From the NCBI GenBank assembly GCA_031372065.1, contig JANMKN010000361.1:1-23364 (forward strand): a DNA stretch of 23,364 bases, written 5' to 3'. Origin of the DNA: Abditibacteriaceae bacterium (GTDB lineage: Bacteria; Armatimonadota; Abditibacteriia; Abditibacteriales; Abditibacteriaceae). The notes under the pieces were generated by a model. It had not been told where the DNA came from, did not search any database, and saw only the letters and a program-made list of their open reading frames with translations. The position numbers were made by a program, and so were the translations under genes. Of the stretch, positions 16,836-23,364 are shown piece after piece. How positions within the stretch are numbered: the stretch's first letter is position 1; each line of letters starts with the position of its first letter.

Positions 16836-16994
16836 GATTTCCTCCAACCAATGAATTTTCGGCAAAATGGATTATATACAAAAAAGTTAAAGGTTTCCAC
16901 TGAGGCACAATTCAGAGCATGGGGGAGACAAAACTTACTACGACCTACATTTAAACCGTTGACAGTAGGGCGGCACTTGTTGTAACTCTGTGAG

Positions 16995-18674
16995 ATGCCC
17001 TTTTCGCGCCACCCTTCACACTCTTGTTTTCCGTCTGCTGCATTGTTGGCCTTTCCTCTGTTGTTGTCGGCGCCGCTCTGGGCAAAATTCACCTCGCCAG
17101 TTCAGGCGGCGGAGCAGCCAGCGGGCAATGCGCCCGCGCTTTCTGGGCCGGGGCCAGTGCCACCGGGCACGCGTATCATTGTGCCGGCAACGCCTTCGGG
17201 CAAAGCAGTTATGCCCGTCGAACCGTCGCGTTTGAGCGCCGATAAAGTGCGCTACGAAGGCGGCGTTATTATTTTGGAAGGCAATGCCGAACGTCCGGCG
17301 CGGTTTTTGAGTAGTGCGGGAGAAATTACGGCGCAAAATGTGCGGGTGGACACCGAAAATCAAACGGTGAAGGCATCCGGCGGTGTCGTAATCAAGCGCT
17401 CACGCGTGACGGTGCGCAAAGTGTTGCGCGCTTCCAATTTGCCAACGCGTTATCAGCGCGAAGCGGTTGTGGAAACCACGCGCGGTGACAATCTGGACTA
17501 CGATTTCAAAACGCGCATCGGTCAATTAGATAAAGCCACGCTCGAACTGGCCGATTTTGAATTAAGCGTCGCCAAATTGACGATTAACGGCGAAAAATAT
17601 GTGGCGCAAAATGTGATCTTGCGTCCCGGCGGCCAATCGCCCGCAGAAGACAAAATCTATGGCGTGCCGCCGCTGAATTTGCGCGCTAAATCTATTGTAT
17701 TAACCGTGCCTGACAAAAGTGGCACACCCTCGGTTCGCTTGAAAGGCGCTGCCCTTTATTTTAAAAACACGCGCCTGATTCCGGTGCCGAGCATTGGAAG
17801 GCAAATCAGTAGTTCCCGCGAAAAAGATGCTTTTTCCATTACACCCGGTTTGTCGCTTAATTCCGCTGATCGCATTTTATTGACAGCGAAAATTCTCTTT
17901 CCGTTAGATGAAACACTGAACGGTTTGTCTTTTGTAACCGACTTGGGCGCTTCGGCGCGGCTTGGCTTTCGCGGTGGTTTGGGGCTGGAACTTGATAACA
18001 GCTTGGGACGCATGGCGTTGCGCGGCAAAATTAAAGACATCGTGCCCACACAGCTTACCAATCGTATTCAACTTGACCGCTTGCCGGAATTATCTTACGA
18101 ATCGCCCAATATTCGCCTTTTGAAATTACCCGGCGGGCGTCAGACGGCTTTGCGTTTAGAAGGCAGTTGGGGCAATTTTCGCGAAAACCTCATTAATATA
18201 ACGGGCAATTTGCCGGTCAAATCCACGCGACGCATGGCCGGCGTGCATTTTACGACGCGCTTTCCCAATCGTGACCGCAGCGTCCCTGCCGGGCCTTACA
18301 TTGATGTGTTTGCCACAACCGCGCGTTATTCGCTGACTAATTTGCGTTACCGCACCACGGGTTACGAAATCGGCTACGATGGTAGAATTGCACCCAAATG
18401 GTCGGGCGTGGTTTCCTATCGCGATACAAAACTGCGCGGCGACACGCCGTTCCGTTTTGACGAAGTAGAAATTCCGCGCGAAGTGCGCACGACTTTAGAT
18501 TATCGCTATTCACCGCGTTATATTGTGCCGCTGGATTTTCGTTACGACATTGACCGCCATGACTTGCGCGACGCCAGTTTCGGCCTACTGCGCGCCTACA
18601 AATCATTCGCCTACGGTCTGACTTACAATACCGCGCGTAGCAGTTTGCATTTTGAAATGAGAACGGGGTTTTAG
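16995..18674 (+). CDS. LptD/OstA-like outer-membrane protein
   Basis: Signal peptide; OstA-like 'LSADKVRY..ILEGNA..ITAQNVRVD..VKASGGVVI..GDNLDYDFKTRIG'; amphipathic beta strands, 'LDRLPEL', 'TPFRFDE', terminal Phe. Confidence 0.7.
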   Translation: MPFSRHPSHSCFPSAALLAFPLLLSAPLWAKFTSPVQAAEQPAGNAPALSGPGPVPPGTRIIVPATPSGKAVMPVEPSRLSADKVRYEGGVIILEGNAERPARFLSSAGEITAQNVRVDTENQTVKASGGVVIKRSRVTVRKVLRASNLPTRYQREAVVETTRGDNLDYDFKTRIGQLDKATLELADFELSVAKLTINGEKYVAQNVILRPGGQSPAEDKIYGVPPLNLRAKSIVLTVPDKSGTPSVRLKGAALYFKNTRLIPVPSIGRQISSSREKDAFSITPGLSLNSADRILLTAKILFPLDETLNGLSFVTDLGASARLGFRGGLGLELDNSLGRMALRGKIKDIVPTQLTNRIQLDRLPELSYESPNIRLLKLPGGRQTALRLEGSWGNFRENLINITGNLPVKSTRRMAGVHFTTRFPNRDRSVPAGPYIDVFATTARYSLTNLRYRTTGYEIGYDGRIAPKWSGVVSYRDTKLRGDTPFRFDEVEIPREVRTTLDYRYSPRYIVPLDFRYDIDRHDLRDASFGLLRAYKSFAYGLTYNTARSSLHFEMRTGF

Positions 18675-18684
18675 GGCTTGGGGC

Positions 18685-18718
18685 TTTGGCCTTGGGAAAG
18701 ATATGTGCCAAGGCCAAA
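18685..18718. terminator. Hairpin between convergent genes (possible bidirectional terminator)
   Basis: TTTGGCCTTGG / CCAAGGCCAAA between the stops at 18674 and 18722. Confidence 0.45.
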
Positions 18719-18721
18719 AAC

Positions 18722-19660
18722 CTAAAAACCAACTCCATCTGTAGCCAACACTTCACGCACCCGATCACGCAATACATCGGCGATACGAAAATCGCGTCCG
18801 ATATAATCGCCCATCAAGAATTCCGCTTGGGCGTGCTTTTCCTGCGCGGCTTCGAGCAAACTCGGCAAATCGTCGGCGACATGGGTGCCCGCGTGCAGAA
18901 AATACGGCACCGCGACTACTTTTTGCGCGCCGCGCGCCACTAAATTCTCAATCGCTGTGGGAATATCCGGCTCGTTGCACTCCATAAATCCCACTTCGAT
19001 GTCGCTGAAAATTCCGCGCGCGCTCACTTCGTCCACCACTTGAAACATCGCGTTGTTCGAGGCTGGGCGCGGGCTACCATGAACCATCACAAGGAGTGAT
19101 GAGTGGTGAGTGATGAGTGATGAGTGAGTGTTGTCTGCTCTTTCCTGACCACTGACCACCGGCCACTGACCACTGCTTTTGGGGCATTTGGGAGTGTCGT
19201 AAAGGGGGCATTCGGGGTTGCTGCGGCAAAAGCGCGGCGCGGTGTTCCAAATGTCGCGCCATTGCGAGGGTTTGGCGGCGCGACTGGCGCATTCGATAAT
19301 CGCTTCGGCTAACTGCGGATGCGAAGTCATAGCGCCCGCAAGATGAAATTTGACATCGGGAAATTTTTCGCGCGCGGCTTCGATTTTCGGCTTCAAATCT
19401 ACCTGCACAAATTTGCCCGCCACTAAAAAATACGGCGTCACAATAATGCGTTTCGCGCCTTGCGCCACGCATTTTTCGACAGCTTCGGCAAAAAGCGGCT
19501 CGGAGTAATTGAGATAACCCGGCTCGATAATCGGCGCATCGCCGCGCTGATGCATAAAAAGCGCCATGCGCTTCAAGGTTTCGCCCGCGCCGCACAGCAA
19601 ACTGCCATGCGAAAATAGAATAATCGCGTCTTGATTTTCAACTTTTTCGGCTCGATTCAC
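18722..19660 (-). CDS. cbiX: Two-domain CbiX/SirB-family sirohydrochlorin chelatase
   Basis: Two units: 'LFSHGS..GYLNYSEP..PYFLVAGKF..DL' and 'MVHGSPRP..GFMECNEPDI..PYFLHAGTHVADDLP'. Confidence 0.9.
   Translation of the reverse strand: MNRAEKVENQDAIILFSHGSLLCGAGETLKRMALFMHQRGDAPIIEPGYLNYSEPLFAEAVEKCVAQGAKRIIVTPYFLVAGKFVQVDLKPKIEAAREKFPDVKFHLAGAMTSHPQLAEAIIECASRAAKPSQWRDIWNTAPRFCRSNPECPLYDTPKCPKSSGQWPVVSGQERADNTHSSLITHHSSLLVMVHGSPRPASNNAMFQVVDEVSARGIFSDIEVGFMECNEPDIPTAIENLVARGAQKVVAVPYFLHAGTHVADDLPSLLEAAQEKHAQAEFLMGDYIGRDFRIADVLRDRVREVLATDGVGF
19094..19175. repeat. Two heptamer arrays within cbiX: five GAGTGAT-like and four CTGACCA-like units
   Basis: 19094-19128 and 19145-19175; loosely inverted to each other; reading frame preserved. 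Confidence 0.9.
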
Positions 19661-19689
19661 AAATAGTATTTTAACGCGTTCACTTCACC

Positions 19690-19729
19690 AAAAAGCAAAG
19701 CCTCCTGCGTTTTACAGGAGGCTTTGCTT
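19690..19729 (-). terminator. Intrinsic terminator after the carB-half/hypothetical pair
   Basis: Stem AAGCAAAGCCTCCTG / CAGGAGGCTTTGCTT ending in a T-run on the minus strand. Confidence 0.85.
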
Positions 19730-19746
19730 GAGTCACTTATTCAGCT

Positions 19747-20253
19747 TTATGCGTCGTGATCGCTGAGGTTATCCATCGGGTCGGGCACGGCGCGGATATC
19801 AATGGCATCAATCATCAGCGCGACATAATCGTGCGCCGTGCGGCGCGTGGCGTGCAAAGTCAGGCAGATGGTGAAGGGCGGCAACGCATGAAACATTTCG
19901 GGGTTGTTATCACGATTCGGGCGCTGTTCGAGGCTGAAAACATCGAAGACGAAATCTTGATTCAAATCTTCGCTGGCAGCTTCGTTTTCCGTTGCTTCGT
20001 CCGCCAATTCATCGCCACCAATTTCAATGGGCGGCGGGTCGCCAAACGGAAATTCGACGACTTTGGTGGCGTTGCCCAAATCGGCCAAAACCACAGCGCG
20101 GGCGCCTTCGGATTTTTGAATGGAGCCTTGCACGCTGACAATGTAGCCCAAAACCGAAACGTCATCTTCGGCCCCCACGGGAGCGCGCAAACTCAGAACG
20201 CGCGCCGCTGAAAGTGCGCCCGCGCCGACCAGCGACAGCGGTTCACTGAGCAA
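19747..20253 (-). CDS. Acidic hypothetical protein, start uncertain
   Basis: Fills the gap between the carB half and the terminator with protein-like composition. The frame stays open upstream of TTG 20253. Confidence 0.7.
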   Translation of the reverse strand: MLSEPLSLVGAGALSAARVLSLRAPVGAEDDVSVLGYIVSVQGSIQKSEGARAVVLADLGNATKVVEFPFGDPPPIEIGGDELADEATENEAASEDLNQDFVFDVFSLEQRPNRDNNPEMFHALPPFTICLTLHATRRTAHDYVALMIDAIDIRAVPDPMDNLSDHDA

Positions 20254-20342
20254 AATAGACAGCGCTGAACCAGCGGTTGTGCTGGAAGTGCTGCTTGTTT
20301 CGACTGAGGCAGCCGCGTAAATTTCGGGCCGCGCGATTTCAA

Positions 20343-22016
<1,674 letters not shown>

Positions 22017-22023
22017 CGCTAAG

Positions 22024-22032
22024 ATTTTATCA
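22024..22032 (-). promoter_or_regulatory. Extended -10 element TGATAAAAT 7 nt before ATG 22016 (leaderless-type)
   Basis: Minus strand TTGATAAAAT-CTTAGCG-ATG; no SD. Confidence 0.6.
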
Positions 22033-22099
22033 AGGTGGGCCAAATGCGGCGCAAAAAGAAGTTTTTTTGCAATTTTCATGGATTATCATTGTTTGACGC

Positions 22100-22129
22100 T
22101 TGACAAGGCTGTTATTAGTGCCTTATAAT
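22100..22129 (+). promoter_or_regulatory. Consensus sigma70 promoter for the csp gene
   Basis: TTGACA (22100-22105), 18-nt spacer, TATAAT (22124-22129). Confidence 0.85.
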
Positions 22130-22135
22130 TCCGCG

Positions 22136-22332
22136 CAGTTCGCAAGAACTAATTAACATTTCGTCAGACGGATAAGACGAACAAAGTAACCCTTAGACGG
22201 ACAGTTGGATGCACGTCGAAAGACGGATGCAGGCTGTAAACCTAAGCCAACGGCGCGAGCCACAAGCTAAAGGAACCGCGAAACGATACTTATGTTCGCA
22301 AGGATTCGCGCTGACACAGGAGAATCGTCGCA
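22136..22332 (+). promoter_or_regulatory. Long (~200 nt) structured 5' UTR of the cold-shock gene
   Basis: Distance from promoter to ATG; several hairpins, four capped by GNRA tetraloops; SD AGGAG at 22318-22322. Confidence 0.65.
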
Positions 22333-22539
22333 ATGGCAAAAGGCACCGTAAAGTGGTTCAACGACACAAAAGGTTTTGGTTTCATCGAGCAGGAAGGCGG
22401 CGGTGAGGACGTTTTCGTTCATCACAGCGCAATCGTGGCCGATGGCTACCGTTCACTCAAAGAAGGCCAGCCGGTTGAATTTGAATTGGCAACAGCCGAC
22501 AAGGGTCTGCGCGCTGCTAACGTCAAAGTCAGCCAGTAA
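22333..22539 (+). CDS. cspA: Cold-shock protein (CspA family)
   Basis: '[15 protein letters not shown]' (RNP1), 'DVFVHHSAI' (RNP2), 68 aa. The exact paralog is not determinable. Confidence 0.97.
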   Translation: MAKGTVKWFNDTKGFGFIEQEGGGEDVFVHHSAIVADGYRSLKEGQPVEFELATADKGLRAANVKVSQ

Positions 22540-22607
22540 GTCGCTTGAAGCTGCCGCATCGCAAAAGCACTCAACTGCCGCAATTATTTTTTAATTGCCC
22601 GACCTGC

Positions 22608-22640
22608 GCCCCGTCCGGTTCTTCCGGCGGGGCCTTTTTT
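22608..22640 (+). terminator. Intrinsic terminator of csp
   Basis: GCCCCG(T)CCGG-TTCTT-CCGGCGGGGC followed by CTTTTTT. Confidence 0.85.
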
Positions 22641-22644
22641 ATGC

Positions 22645-22686
22645 ATAGGTGATGGGTTTATTCCTCACCTAAAACCCATCACCTAT
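22645..22686. repeat. Perfect 15-bp inverted repeat just upstream of the adenosyltransferase start
   Basis: ATAGGTGATGGGTTT / AAACCCATCACCTAT with a 12-nt loop. Confidence 0.85.
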
Positions 22687-22690
22687 TTTT

Positions 22691-23239
22691 ATGTCTCGCA
22701 GCATTGTCACGAAAACCGGCGACGCCGGACAAACCAAACTCATTTTCGGCGCCGCCGTTTCCAAAGCCGACTTGCGCGTCGAAGCCTACGGCACCATTGA
22801 CGAATTGAATTCGTTTCTCGGCCTCGCCCGTTCTTTGTGCGCCGACGAATCTATCAAAGCCATTCTCGAAGCCATTCAACGCGAATCGTTCACCCTCAGC
22901 ACCGAACTCGCAACGCCCAAAGAGCAACTGCACAAACTGAAACAGCACATCACGCCGGAAATGACGAAAGTTTTGGAAGACCACATCGCGCCGATTGAAG
23001 CACAGCCCGGTTTACTCGACGATTGGGCTTTGCCCGGCGCGCTAACTTCCAGCGCCGCGTTAGATGTCGCACGCACCGTGTGCCGCCGCGCCGAACGCTG
23101 CGTGGTGCGCTTGCACGACGCCGATGAATTGCCCAACGCCGAAATCTTGCGCTATCTCAATCGCCTATCCGATTTGTTGTGGCTGTTGGGCCGCAAAGTC
23201 GAGATGGACAACGATGTAAATGGCGCTTTGCGAGGCTAA
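22691..23239 (+). CDS. pduO: PduO/MMAB-type ATP:cob(I)alamin adenosyltransferase
   Basis: 'IVTKTGDAGQT', 'RVEAYGTIDELNSFLG', 'ARTVCRRAER', 'YLNRLSDLL'. Confidence 0.95.
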   Translation: MSRSIVTKTGDAGQTKLIFGAAVSKADLRVEAYGTIDELNSFLGLARSLCADESIKAILEAIQRESFTLSTELATPKEQLHKLKQHITPEMTKVLEDHIAPIEAQPGLLDDWALPGALTSSAALDVARTVCRRAERCVVRLHDADELPNAEILRYLNRLSDLLWLLGRKVEMDNDVNGALRG

Positions 23240-23283
23240 TTTCCACTCAATGTCGGCAAAAACAAGCGCATAGAAGACAAAAC

Positions 23284-23325
23284 GCGGCGCGCTGAATGAA
23301 ATAATTCAGCGCGCCGCTTGCTTTT
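23284..23325 (+). terminator. Intrinsic (possibly bidirectional) terminator
   Basis: 14-bp stem GCGGCGCGCTGAAT / ATTCAGCGCGCCGC followed by TTGCTTTT; preceded by AAAAC. Confidence 0.8.
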
Positions 23326-23354
23326 ATAGAGAAAGAGCGACTGCGTCGCTCAAT

Positions 23355-23364
23355 CCCCTCACCC
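23355..23364 (+). repeat. Probable start of another boxC-like element, truncated by the window end
   Basis: CCCCTCACCC is identical to positions 1-10. Confidence 0.6.

Noticed and set aside
16959..16988. sigma70 promoter for the LptD-like gene
   Set aside because: TTGACA is perfect but there is no convincing -10 at 16-18 nt spacing.
22017..22079. carB N-terminal extension, or pseudogene remnant of the missing half
   Set aside because: No CarB-like residues; it is AT-rich promoter DNA containing the extended -10.
23355..23364. Circular element or prophage implied by the terminal 10-bp identity
   Set aside because: The match is short and part of a multicopy repeat; the content is housekeeping with no integrase, rep or phage genes.

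Overview
This is a bacterial chromosomal window, most likely from Armatimonadota/Abditibacteriota (inferred from the '[14 protein letters not shown]...[11 protein letters not shown]' style of the DUF1559 prepilin-like protein). Left to right it contains: a boxC-like repeat cluster; an unknown cytoplasmic protein with a duplicated 110-aa helical domain plus an FN3-like domain; two exported LTxxQ (Spy/CpxP-like) genes divergent from a CpxRA-like two-component system; a DUF1549/DUF1553 cytochrome-c + DUF1501 pair; a CPBP protease that looks like a relic integron cassette; an ISAs1-type MITE; an AT-richer module (small membrane protein, DUF1559, TPR, CRTAC1/ASPIC-UnbV); a short LptD-like outer-membrane protein; two-domain CbiX; a hypothetical gene; a stand-alone C-terminal half of CarB; a cold-shock gene with a long structured leader; and a PduO-type adenosyltransferase. 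Many intergenic spaces carry different palindromic or heptamer repeats, with no transposase in the window. No rRNA, tRNA or CRISPR array was seen. All family calls come from motif recognition by eye; no searches were run.
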